A DNA stretch of 64,000 nucleotides from Candidatus Nanopelagicales bacterium. GTDB lineage: Bacteria; Actinomycetota; Actinomycetes; S36-B12. The stretch spans positions 3,753-67,752 of the forward strand of contig JAFMHB010000001.1 in the NCBI GenBank assembly GCA_017854795.1, written 5' to 3'. A program made the position numbers and the translations under genes. Below the pieces are notes generated by a model. The model was not told the origin of the DNA, did no database searches, and was given only the letters and a program-made list of their open reading frames with translations. Numbering within the stretch: position 1 is the first letter of the stretch; every line of letters begins with the position of its first letter. This document shows positions 1-8,490 of this stretch, in pieces.

Positions 1-1
1 C

Positions 2-463
2 CTTGCGCATGGACTTCGCAAAGGGAACGCACAAATAGGCATTGTCATGCTCTCAACGTATGAGGAACCAAGGTTAATGGGACTTAATCAACCGGCTCTG
101 CCTGAAGGTTCCATCTACATGGTCAAACGGAGAGTCTCGGAGGCTGAAGAACTCTGCAGGGCGGTGACCATTTCAGTCAAGATGGCAAAGGGGGAAGATA
201 TAGAAGGTGGAATGTTGCCGTCACAGGTGGCGCGCAAGGAATTGAGTGACCAACAAATAGAAATCATGCGCCTCATTGCTGCAGGGCATTCCAATAGCGA
301 GATTTCGCGCATACGTCATCTATCCATTTCAGGTGTCGAGAACGCCGTCACTCGATTGTGCAAGCACTTGACCCTGGCATCGAGTTCCGAAAAAAATCAA
401 CGTGTTTTAATCGCTCAAGCTTACTTTCAAATGACGGGGGCTGTGAGTGTTCGTAGAAGGTGA
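2..463 (+). CDS. NarL/LuxR-family response regulator, 5'-truncated by the window edge
   Basis: The frame stays open back to nt 2. LuxR-type HTH 'LSDQQIEIMRLIAAGHSNSEISRIRHLSISGVENAVTRL'. 'QIGIVMLSTYEEP' aligns by eye with 'YLGVVILSNYEIT' of the complete regulator at 17639-18319. 17-nt overlap with the downstream kinase. Confidence 0.75.
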   Translation, partial: LAHGLRKGNAQIGIVMLSTYEEPRLMGLNQPALPEGSIYMVKRRVSEAEELCRAVTISVKMAKGEDIEGGMLPSQVARKELSDQQIEIMRLIAAGHSNSEISRIRHLSISGVENAVTRLCKHLTLASSSEKNQRVLIAQAYFQMTGAVSVRRR

Positions 464-2210
464 GCAAGAAGGTCTGCGAGAACGCTTGGGTGGAAAGTGG
501 TCCATTTCCTGGCAGACGTGGACCATCTCAACCGTTATCGTGTGTCTTGGACTAGCCGCTAGTGTGCCAAGCGCAACTCTAAGTGCCGCACTATTTTTCA
601 CTTGGATGTTAATTGGGTTCCTCGGTTCACTTTTCGTTGGCCTTTGGCTGTTGATGCTGCACCTAACATTGTTTCGAAATCGTTCACTAAGCCCGGTTCC
701 GATTTGGATTGTCATCGCGACCAGTTTCATGTCTGGCCTCATTCTCACCTTTGCGGTCACAGAACTGTCTAGACAAGTAGGGCTTGAGGCCGACATCGGG
801 AAACCTGATCAATACGTCGTCATTGGAGTTGTCGCTGTTTGGTTTGGTTGCATGATGATCCTCCTGTTTGATTATCGGGATCGAACATCACGTGCGAGAA
901 ATTTCCTGATCTCACAAGCAGTTCAACTGGAGGTTGAGGATCTGCAACGTCAGGGTCTTTCGGCCATCTTGCGTGATCAAATTAACCATCAAGTCGACAG
1001 TGAATTGCATGAAGCACGAATGGTTCTGGCGCAAAGAATCAGCGCGCAAAACGCAGAAACTCAAAGTGAAGCGAAACGTGACGACTGGATAGCTGCGAGT
1101 GTTGTCCTCAAAGGAACAGCACAGGACCTGGTGAGACCGATAAGTAAGCGTTTATGGCGCGACATGGCCGAAAAGTATCCGAGCAGATCGTGGTGGGTTT
1201 TGATCCCGAATACCATTGCTGATCAACCCTTTCGCCCTGGATTGATTTTGTTTATTCATCTTGTGGGGACTGGGGTAGCAACAATTTCGTTATTTGGCCG
1301 GAATCATGGAACGCTATTGCTCGCTTCATCAGTTTTGGCAGTTCTTGCCATCACTTTGCCAGCAAATGCATTGATGCGACGATTCCCAAATCAGCACAGC
1401 ATCATTTTTCTCATGGCACTGCTCGTTCTGCAGGCGGGTGTACCGGTAACTGCAAGAGTTCGTGAGTTCTGGGTTCCGGGTTCAGCTCCACTTGCGTGGC
1501 AGGTTGCGCAGATTACTTTGGGCATCTGTGTCGTTATCTTGACTTCAGCCGTGGGAGCCTGGCGTAATTTTGACGCTCAGGCAAGGGATATATTTCGCGA
1601 ACGGCTTCTTAAAAAGCGAGTGATCTCTTTTGCAGAGAATCGTCACGTTGCCGAACTCACTCGAGAAGCCTCCCGAACGTTACATGGCAGTGTGCAGACA
1701 CGACTGTATTCCTGTTCCATGGCTTTGGATCGAGCTGCCTTACTGGGAGATGAAGTAATGGCCAGTCAGGCGCTCCAGGAAGCCATGGAGGTGTTGGCAG
1801 CGCCTTTGCGTGAGCCTGTCGTTCTGAATCGGGTTGCCGATGAAGTTGAACGCAAGGTCAGTCTGTGGGGAAGTTTGTGTGTGTTTGATGTCCAAGTTAG
1901 TGTTCATGCAGATCATGACACGATTGTGAACGCACGAAATGTCGGAAGGTTAGTTGAAGAGGCAATATCGAATGCTGTGCGCCATGGTCGCGCTAGCCGC
2001 ATCGATATTCGAGTAGGCGAACTGTCAAACACTGAAATGAGCATTTCAGTAACCGATGACGGTGTTGGGCCTACTCCTGGAGGGCATGCAGGTATTGGTA
2101 GCGCGCTCTTCGATCAAATGTGCTCAGGCGACTGGTCTCTGACAGCAACAGCCGAGGGAACTCAATTGAATGCCGGCTTAAAGGTGAAAGAAACAACTAC
2201 TCACATCTGA
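447..2210 (+). CDS. multi-TM sensor histidine kinase (NarL-partner type)
   Basis: Two blocks of hydrophobic helices in the first ~400 aa. H-box-like 'TLHGSVQTRL'. HATPase_c motifs 'VEEAISNAVRHG', 'ISVTDDGVGP', 'GIGSAL'. GTG start overlaps the regulator gene. Confidence 0.7.
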   Translation: MFVEGEQEGLRERLGGKWSISWQTWTISTVIVCLGLAASVPSATLSAALFFTWMLIGFLGSLFVGLWLLMLHLTLFRNRSLSPVPIWIVIATSFMSGLILTFAVTELSRQVGLEADIGKPDQYVVIGVVAVWFGCMMILLFDYRDRTSRARNFLISQAVQLEVEDLQRQGLSAILRDQINHQVDSELHEARMVLAQRISAQNAETQSEAKRDDWIAASVVLKGTAQDLVRPISKRLWRDMAEKYPSRSWWVLIPNTIADQPFRPGLILFIHLVGTGVATISLFGRNHGTLLLASSVLAVLAITLPANALMRRFPNQHSIIFLMALLVLQAGVPVTARVREFWVPGSAPLAWQVAQITLGICVVILTSAVGAWRNFDAQARDIFRERLLKKRVISFAENRHVAELTREASRTLHGSVQTRLYSCSMALDRAALLGDEVMASQALQEAMEVLAAPLREPVVLNRVADEVERKVSLWGSLCVFDVQVSVHADHDTIVNARNVGRLVEEAISNAVRHGRASRIDIRVGELSNTEMSISVTDDGVGPTPGGHAGIGSALFDQMCSGDWSLTATAEGTQLNAGLKVKETTTHI

Positions 2211-2596
2211 TGAGACTGAATGGCATCAGAGGGTATGTGCCCCAAATGGCCGGCTTGGAATTTTTCCACGAACTAAATGACCTCAGTTTTATTGCTCATA
2301 ACAAATGGTCCATGTCGGAAGGTTGGTTGGCGCCAGGGAGCACCACGAATGAGGAACACATCTAAATTGGGGGAGCACGACTCTTGAAAATCGGCAGCGC
2401 GCAATTTCACGGTGTCACCATCGACCAAAATCACCTTTTCACCTCAGACCCGTCACTAACATTGGATGTCTGGACCCAACTACTGATAGAGATACGGAGG
2501 CCTTGAGTCATTTCAATAAGCGTACCGACGGCGCATGAGTGCAGCAAAAATGGAGTTTCAAGAACCTTGATGCAGGAAAAACCGGAATGTTACTCG

Positions 2597-2669
2597 TGGC
2601 CCCGGCATGATTCGAACATGCGACGCACGGTTTAGGAAACCGACGCTCTATCCCCTGAGCTACGGGGCC
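2597..2669 (-). tRNA. tRNA-Arg (anticodon CCT)
   Basis: Hand-folded 73-nt cloverleaf: acceptor GGCCCCG/CGGGGCC, D-arm GCTC-AGGGGATA-GAGC, anticodon arm CGGT-TTCCTAA-ACCG (U27-U43 mismatch), T-arm GCATG-TTCGAAT-CATGC, discriminator A. No encoded CCA. Confidence 0.9.
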
Positions 2670-2715
2670 GGGGGGTGCGTGAATAACTTAGTGCATAACC
2701 AAGTGCGTAACCTCG
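2663..2715. repeat. att-like direct repeat, copy 1 (overlaps the first 7 nt of the tRNA-Arg 5' end and its upstream flank)
   Basis: cggggccggggggtgcgtgaataacttagtgcataacc (2663-2700) recurs at 15255-15292 (35/38) and 20711-20747 (about 34/38 with one gap). It is followed by a degenerate second gtgcgtaacc. Confidence 0.8.
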
Positions 2716-2889
2716 TGTGGATAGTGGCGGTTGGTTCTTTCTGGAACATTTGTGTGATTGCCGTTCAATAGTGAGTCGAGTTTGCGGGAATTAGGTGAGA
2801 TGCGGCCCGTTAATAGCCACGATCAGGGCAAATAAGCGTTTTTGAGCATTCTGATGATTTGAGATGTTCGACGGTGAAGGTTTTATTGC

Positions 2890-4452
2890 TTAGCCAGCGG
2901 CTGAGTCGGGGATTTGTTTTCGCCTTAGTTGCTGGTAAACGAGGTTGTGTCCTATTAAGTAGCCGAAGACCCAGGCTTCTTTTGATTCCAATGACCAGCG
3001 TTGGAGTCGTTTAAAGGGAAGCATGTCATCGATGATGGAGTGCATGGCTTCAGCTGTTTGACGTAAGCCGTATATTTCCTTGAACTCTTCGCTGTCGGGT
3101 GCGTGTGGTTGTAGGTAACGAAGCATGTTGTCGTAGCCTTCATCACCGGCAATTTCGATCCCGTCCTTGCTCGTGCTCAGGGCGGACTTGCGACCGTTCC
3201 AAGCGACGCGAAGCATGTTGTTGGTTCCTGGAGAACACCAACAGGTGTAAGGGTGTTCCGTGTAGTGGAAGACGCGTCCATTTTTTTGTCGTTTAGGTCT
3301 CTGGTTGTGATGCAGCGGCAGGTAATTGCTATTCCCATTCACATCGGTCACGGCCAAGTGGAGTCGCTTTAAGATCGCAAAGAATCTTTGTTCGTGTCCG
3401 CATTCTGGGGTTGTGGTTCCAATGAATTTTGGTTTGCGGTAGTGACTTGAATCATCCGAAGTCCGGTCCATTGTTGCCCTAGTAGCAAGCACCATTCCTG
3501 CGCCGTTGAGTGTTTCCTGTTCCTTTCTGCCGGCCGCTCGGTCATAGGCAAGCAGGGATGCGGAGGCACCCTGTTCTATGAGGCGCGCTTGGACTTCGAG
3601 GGTGAGTTTGAGTGCGCTGCTTGCCTCGATTTGAGGGGAGGGCGAATTCACGTAGGCGGCACCGAGTGCGATCGTGTCATGTTTGTTAGGCCCTGGGGAC
3701 CAAATAATGGCGAATTTTGTTCCATGTGTGGATTCGCCACCGCCTTCGGAGTGAGTTTGAGCAACACCATCAATGTGCCTCTGCCGGATTTCCCCGGTGT
3801 ACATGTCTACCACTTCATCTTGCGTGTGTGAGGTGGCTGCCTTGAGGGCTGTTCCGTCTCCAATCATCATGTTCTTTGATGAATAAACCGTGTTCCTCTG
3901 GGAGAACCTTTCGTCATCTAATGACAGCATGACTCCCTGTTGTTGTAACAAGTCTGATTGGTTAATGCCTCGCATTTTTAAGCCACGAAACAGTCTGCTG
4001 ATTCTGCTGGCGCTTGGGCTTTTTGGAGCTGCTATCCAATTTGTGATGCGGACTTGGTCATCAGGTGCAACGGTGGGTAGTGCGTCTTGCAGCCTTTGTT
4101 TGATTAAGGGTAAGTAACTATCAAACAACAATGCTCGGGAGATAGCTGACTGAGAAGAAAATGCGTTTTGTAGCGCGTATATCAACGAGAAGAGTTGGCG
4201 TGGGTAAATACCGGGTGAACCACCTTCGGGTCGAGTGCCCATCATGATGTGATCAAGAAGGCGGTAACTGTCAGGATTCGTAAGTATTAAGTTGAATCGA
4301 GCCAAAGGGTCAGTGCGCAGGTTTTTGGAAGGTCCTGTTTTTTGAGAACGCTTGCCTGACTGCAAGGACATACGTGTCACGCGACCATCAGAGAGACGCA
4401 CTTGATCGGATTTTTCGTCGATACGGATGATTGTGATTTCAGTATCGCTCAT
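2890..4452 (-). CDS. IS4-like DDE transposase-like protein (~520 aa)
   Basis: Start moved to ATG 4452 (ATGA overlap with the upstream stop). By-eye DDE layout: 'MIGDGTALK', 'LLAYDRAAGR', then 'YGLRQTAE' = Y-x2-R-x3-E followed by 'GYLIGHNLV'. No terminal IRs found. Confidence 0.5.
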   Translation of the reverse strand: MSDTEITIIRIDEKSDQVRLSDGRVTRMSLQSGKRSQKTGPSKNLRTDPLARFNLILTNPDSYRLLDHIMMGTRPEGGSPGIYPRQLFSLIYALQNAFSSQSAISRALLFDSYLPLIKQRLQDALPTVAPDDQVRITNWIAAPKSPSASRISRLFRGLKMRGINQSDLLQQQGVMLSLDDERFSQRNTVYSSKNMMIGDGTALKAATSHTQDEVVDMYTGEIRQRHIDGVAQTHSEGGGESTHGTKFAIIWSPGPNKHDTIALGAAYVNSPSPQIEASSALKLTLEVQARLIEQGASASLLAYDRAAGRKEQETLNGAGMVLATRATMDRTSDDSSHYRKPKFIGTTTPECGHEQRFFAILKRLHLAVTDVNGNSNYLPLHHNQRPKRQKNGRVFHYTEHPYTCWCSPGTNNMLRVAWNGRKSALSTSKDGIEIAGDEGYDNMLRYLQPHAPDSEEFKEIYGLRQTAEAMHSIIDDMLPFKRLQRWSLESKEAWVFGYLIGHNLVYQQLRRKQIPDSAAG

Positions 4453-5495
4453 GACAAAACCCGGGGTTGGTATAGGGGATTCTTGATTTTCGCGGGATTT
4501 ATCACTCCGCGCCAATCTAGATCAATAGCGCGTGCTGCTGCGTCAAGAGAAGCGGAGCCGAGGAGTTTTGCAACGTCGATGATGCTGGAGCTTTGGTCAA
4601 AAACTGTGACACCGGCCCAACGTTGGAAACTCGCCGGTTTTAGTCCTAGGTCGTTCGAGTAGCCGGAAACATTTAATATTTGCGCGAGTGCCATCGCGGC
4701 CCCTGCTTGGCGCGAGGCTTCTTTACCGTTTCTTTGAATAACAAACCCAATGTCGCTGGATCCACCCGCGCAGGTGAGTGCCGCGTGGCGATGTGAGATG
4801 ACGTCGTACTCCCAATCACCTGCAATTGCGACACGTCTTTGTTTGATGTGTCGACTACCGGGAAGTAAAAGTGAGCCGTCACTTAAGTCAATGTGTTTTA
4901 GTTTTATGTTGCCAATGTCAGCGGTTCCTGCGCCACAGAGGCCAAGAGCAACGGCACTTGCCAGGCGTGTTTCTAGATAACTGAAAGCCACACTCCGGCA
5001 ACGATCAACCTCACATTCGTTTAATGCGCGTCCTTGCCTGCGGATATCTGATCCATCGCGACCCTCATACCTCGGCATGACGGATGTAGCACCGAATGTT
5101 TTTGCTGTTGCATAAAGAGCGCGCACGGCGCAGGAGCGTAAATGTCGAATAGCGATTGCAGGTGTGCCTAAGCGACCACTTCGATCCCGCCCTGCTGCGC
5201 AGAGCCACTGTTCAAATAACTCCAATGCGGAGTCAAGTGTTGTGAAACCTTGAGCATGCGTGAAGTTGATGTATTGCTCTACTAATCCGCGATATCGGTG
5301 AAACGTTTGTTCTGAGAGGTCACCGGAGTTGACATCAGCACTCCACAGTTCCACGACCGTGAGCAGAACTTCACGTGAGTCAAATGATTGTGGATCAGGC
5401 ATGTTTTTGAGCACCTGATGCCTGCCGCGAGCTGAAGGCAACTCCCACAAGGTGAATGCGCACTGTTGAAAACGTGAAAGGGAAACCATGGTCAT
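4449..5495 (-). CDS. tyrosine recombinase (phage-integrase fold)-like protein, possibly catalytically degenerate
   Basis: SAM-like N-domain pattern ('TFHRYRGLVEQYINF', 'IRHLRSCAVRALY'). C-domain layout ('ALGLCGAGTADIGNIKLKHIDLSDGSLLLPG..RRVAI', 'PASFQRWAG', 'LLGSASLD'). Several catalytic positions appear substituted. Confidence 0.55.
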   Translation of the reverse strand: MTMVSLSRFQQCAFTLWELPSARGRHQVLKNMPDPQSFDSREVLLTVVELWSADVNSGDLSEQTFHRYRGLVEQYINFTHAQGFTTLDSALELFEQWLCAAGRDRSGRLGTPAIAIRHLRSCAVRALYATAKTFGATSVMPRYEGRDGSDIRRQGRALNECEVDRCRSVAFSYLETRLASAVALGLCGAGTADIGNIKLKHIDLSDGSLLLPGSRHIKQRRVAIAGDWEYDVISHRHAALTCAGGSSDIGFVIQRNGKEASRQAGAAMALAQILNVSGYSNDLGLKPASFQRWAGVTVFDQSSSIIDVAKLLGSASLDAAARAIDLDWRGVINPAKIKNPLYQPRVLS

Positions 5496-5617
5496 GGCTG
5501 GTTTCCCTTTGATAAGTCATTGATCTCCCTTGTGAGCGCGTCCTTGAACGCGACACACTGGCGCATACATGCGCCACTTGTCAAGGTTTTGGAGCAAATT
5601 GCCCTTAACATGAGGAA

Positions 5618-5923
5618 ATGCCGTCCAGAGTTCGCTCCGCTAGCTCCTTTAAGGACTACGTGGAAACCGGTGAATGGCCTGAAGCTGTACTCAAAAAGGA
5701 AACCCCGATCCAGGTGCATTATGCGCAGGAAATCGCTTGTGCTCTTGCCAATTCCCTCAGGGATTTGGACATAAGCCTGCGTGAAGCCGCAAGGCGAACC
5801 GGTGTTGACAGAGCAACAATCTCCCGAACACTTGAAGGGGAAACCATCGCAGATCTGGCCACTCTGGCGTTGCTCGAACAAGGTCTTCATGCGCGTCTCT
5901 GGCCCCTCTTCTCTCCTCGTTGA
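5618..5923 (+). CDS. XRE-family helix-turn-helix transcriptional regulator
   Basis: HTH_3-like 'ISLREAARRTGVDRATISRTLEGETIADLATLALLEQGL'. Divergent from the recombinase operon. Preferred over the overlapping minus-strand ORF 5492-5938. Confidence 0.7.
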   Translation: MPSRVRSASSFKDYVETGEWPEAVLKKETPIQVHYAQEIACALANSLRDLDISLREAARRTGVDRATISRTLEGETIADLATLALLEQGLHARLWPLFSPR

Positions 5924-5986
5924 CTTTTGTGCCTTCACTCCTCATCTATAACAAGGCGGCCAAGAAGTTTTCCGTCCAACCCGATT

Positions 5987-6009
5987 AAAGGCTTCAAATT
6001 GAAGCCTTT
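5987..6009. repeat. perfect 23-nt palindrome / hairpin (possible terminator or operator)
   Basis: aaaggcttc-aaatt-gaagccttt, 64 nt after the HTH stop and abutting ATG 6010. No clear U-tract. Confidence 0.35.
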
Positions 6010-6423
6010 ATGCTCAGAATCATGGGTTGTGGGGAGTGCGGTGCAATAAGGGGTAGTTACAGCGCAATCTGTGGCACCTGCCAAAAACGAAAAAGACGAA
6101 GCGAGCAACAAAGAAACCGACGCACCGGAGCACCCGACTCGAGGGCTACGGTCCCGCCTGGCGCAATCCAAGGGATTCGCGAAACCCAACTCAAAATTAC
6201 GAGAATGCAGGTCTTCTTCACTAGGTACTCCCAGAACCCTGTCAAACCACTCACTGACCTAACAATCAAACGCATTCTTGCCGATTTGGAAATCAGTAGT
6301 GAGCGCGTCAAGCTATTCCTCACAACCTGCGAAGACCTTTCCGGTCAAGATCGCCCGAGGCCGATTAGGCGATACCGCAGAAGAGCACCTGCGATTGCTT
6401 TGGACATGGACGGGAGCAGCTGA
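6010..6423 (+). CDS. hypothetical zinc-ribbon / basic-tract protein (weakly supported)
   Basis: 'CGEC-x11-CGTC' followed by 'QKRKRRSEQQRNRR'. No other recognisable motif. Competing ORFs exist on both strands. Confidence 0.25.
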   Translation: MLRIMGCGECGAIRGSYSAICGTCQKRKRRSEQQRNRRTGAPDSRATVPPGAIQGIRETQLKITRMQVFFTRYSQNPVKPLTDLTIKRILADLEISSERVKLFLTTCEDLSGQDRPRPIRRYRRRAPAIALDMDGSS

Positions 6424-6557
6424 GTTCCGGGTCAATGACAGACAAGTTTAACTACTGCCCTTTCGTAAGGATTCCTTAAAACGGTCACACGCTGTCGGTA
6501 TTGTGGGAGGTCATCGATCGTTAGCTCGCGGTTTCAAACTGGGGGTCGAATTTCACG

Positions 6558-6926
6558 GTGGCAAGTAAACCAAAGAACCAACAAAGTGTCGGGCTGGAAG
6601 CATCCCTCTGGGCTGCTTGCGATCGTCTACGATCGAACATGGACGCCGCCGAATGTAAGCACGTAGTACTTGGCCTAATCTTCCTCAAAGACGTTCCGGA
6701 TGTATTCGCCCAACGCCAAAATCAACTTGCAATATGTGTAGAGGATCCCAAATCGGATTACTACATGCCCACCGAAGAAGCACGCAAATCAATCCTCAAA
6801 TCCCGGGACGAATACACATCTGAAGGCGTCTTCTGGGTACCTGAAGGACACTGCGGGGACGACTTCAGAAAAGCCGCCAAACAAAGGGAAAGTGGTGCTC
6901 GATGCTCCAGCAGCGGTTCTGCCTAG
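6558..6926 (+). pseudogene. hsdM: type I restriction-modification methylase HsdM, N-terminal fragment only
   Basis: 'LWAACDRLRSNMDAAECKHVVLGLIFLK' and 'DEYTSEGVFWVPEG' match the HsdM_N consensus (LWxxADxLRGxMDAxEYKHVVLGLIFLK ... ENVFWVPxEARW). The ORF ends after ~120 aa and no MTase domain, hsdS or hsdR follows. Confidence 0.8.
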
Positions 6927-7537
6927 GCGACCGATTCGGCCAAATCGCGTCGGAGTGTTGAGTGGCCAAGAGTCGTGACCAGGAAATTCTTGCCAAGTGC
7001 AGTTTTTCGAGACTCACTAATTCGTGCAAGGTTCAGAATCTCGCCAACCCGCATGTGCAGGCGATCCGCGTCTTCGCTTCCGTGCACCAGAATTACTTTG
7101 CCGTCTTGTGCGAGTAACGTGCTAAGGAATCTGAGTTGCGTCGACATGGATTTATCTCCCCCCATGTAATAGAGAACCTCTGACACGATGACGTGGTCCA
7201 CTGAACCTCGTAACCAAGGATGCCGTCGCAGCAGTTCAGTCAGATCAGTATTTTCAACATGGATCTTTGTTTGGTTCCGTGTCTTTGCCCTCGCAATTGA
7301 GCACGCTCTGTGGGAGATATCGATTCCAATAATTATTGACTCTTGAGAGTGGGAAGCAACAGCCAATAAATTATGCCCATCGGCAGAGCCCACCTCAACA
7401 ATGGTGTGAGCACCCACTGGGATCTCATCGAGCAGAGCGACCCGTTTCGCAGCCTCGTATGGACACGACTCATAAGGCCATGGATTTCCGCGGAGGAACC
7501 GCAGATTGAAAAAAGACGTCAGTACTTTCGAGGCCAT
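6923..7537 (-). CDS. class I SAM-dependent methyltransferase (NodS-like)
   Basis: Motif I 'IVEVGSADGHN', 'IIGIDIS', 'VIVSEVLYYMG'. Start set at ATG 7537 ('MASKVLTSF'); the open frame extends to 7726. Confidence 0.7.
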   Translation of the reverse strand: MASKVLTSFFNLRFLRGNPWPYESCPYEAAKRVALLDEIPVGAHTIVEVGSADGHNLLAVASHSQESIIIGIDISHRACSIARAKTRNQTKIHVENTDLTELLRRHPWLRGSVDHVIVSEVLYYMGGDKSMSTQLRFLSTLLAQDGKVILVHGSEDADRLHMRVGEILNLARISESRKTALGKNFLVTTLGHSTLRRDLAESVA

Positions 7538-7791
7538 GCATTTTGGCAGTCCACTTATCAGCCAAAAGCATGCTCTGTGAGCGAACCGTGTGACCGAACA
7601 TTCCCTTCTAGTCGAGCGACTTTGCGGTAAGACTTTCACGTTGCTCCTCATGTTGGACTTCAGACTCATTTCACAAAATGTAGGTTGATTGCCCCAAAGT
7701 TGCTGTCGCAAAAAGTGAAAAATCAAAGATCGTCATGTGATCGTCATATATTCCGGTAAAAATCGGTGGGGAGTGCAACGACCATGTAGTC

Positions 7792-8490
7792 ATGGCGATT
7801 TCTACCCAAACTTCCACACCGACTCAAGGGAATTCCACTCTTCATGCTGTTCGCCAAATGAAGTATTCGGACCTCGCCAACGTCGTCGCGTGGCACTCAC
7901 AATCATTTTCCTCAGCTTTCTACTCCCAATTAGGTCACGGATTTCTGCGCCATTGGTTTACTTCGCACATGAACGCACCTGAATCAGTTTCGCTCACGGT
8001 GTCTGATTCTTCGGGGCATCTGGTGGGGTATCTCATTGGGACAACGGATCAATCAGCGGCGAGTGGAGTTTCCTGGCAAACCGGATACATCACGGGCCTG
8101 CGTGGAGCCTGTGCGTTGCTGGCTCGACCCAGAATGTGGGTTTCATTCCTACGTGTGCGCGTTCGTCCCTACGCTGGCAAAACCATTCGTCTAATTTTGC
8201 GACCACGAAAAGGCAAAGTGCTTTCAAGTGGCGATGGCCAGTTAATGTACATATGCATGGCGCCAAGCCACCGGTGTCGTGGCGCAGGTAGCGTGTTGCT
8301 GGAAGCCTTTGTGGGGGAGGCCCGAAGGAGTGACGCTACTCGACTCACATTGGTTACCGAAACTGAAAATGTCTCGGCACAACGTTTCTACCTTCGGCAC
8401 GGATGGACTATGAATTCAAGTCCAGCCCAGGCCATGGACGGTAGACCCCTCACGCGAATGGAACTCAACCTTGGGGAGGATGCAATTTGA
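7792..8490 (+). CDS. GNAT family N-acetyltransferase
   Basis: Acetyl-CoA motif A 'MAPSHRCRGAGSVLLEAFVGEARR', 'RFYLRHGW'. 4-nt overlap with the next gene. Confidence 0.75.
   Translation: MAISTQTSTPTQGNSTLHAVRQMKYSDLANVVAWHSQSFSSAFYSQLGHGFLRHWFTSHMNAPESVSLTVSDSSGHLVGYLIGTTDQSAASGVSWQTGYITGLRGACALLARPRMWVSFLRVRVRPYAGKTIRLILRPRKGKVLSSGDGQLMYICMAPSHRCRGAGSVLLEAFVGEARRSDATRLTLVTETENVSAQRFYLRHGWTMNSSPAQAMDGRPLTRMELNLGEDAI

Noticed and set aside
2403-2414. The 12-mer aatttcacggtg occurs both here and at 6549-6560, at the GTG start of the hsdM stump. It might mark a duplicated junction.
   Set aside because: The flanks do not align beyond ~15 nt, and no further structure is shared. It is treated as chance or too short to interpret without a genome-wide search.
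2211-2596. The possibility that the island lies on the conventional 3' side of the tRNA instead, i.e. the 386-nt non-coding stretch plus the HK/RR pair.
   Set aside because: I did not notice any second copy of the tRNA 3' half (..ttcgaatcatgccggggcca) in the window. The repeats actually present involve the 5' end. This cannot be excluded without the sequence upstream of the window.
5492-5938. A 148-aa minus-strand ORF whose stop overlaps the recombinase start in an ATGA, suggesting a third coupled gene.
   Set aside because: Its translation is Cys-rich and motif-less. It is fully overlapped by a convincing XRE HTH gene on the plus strand (5618-5923). The ATGA overlap is judged coincidental.
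7728-7747. A 9-bp direct repeat, gatcgtcat, with 11-nt centre-to-centre spacing in the MTase/GNAT divergent region. It could be an operator.
   Set aside because: It is too short to distinguish from chance, and no associated regulator is evident.
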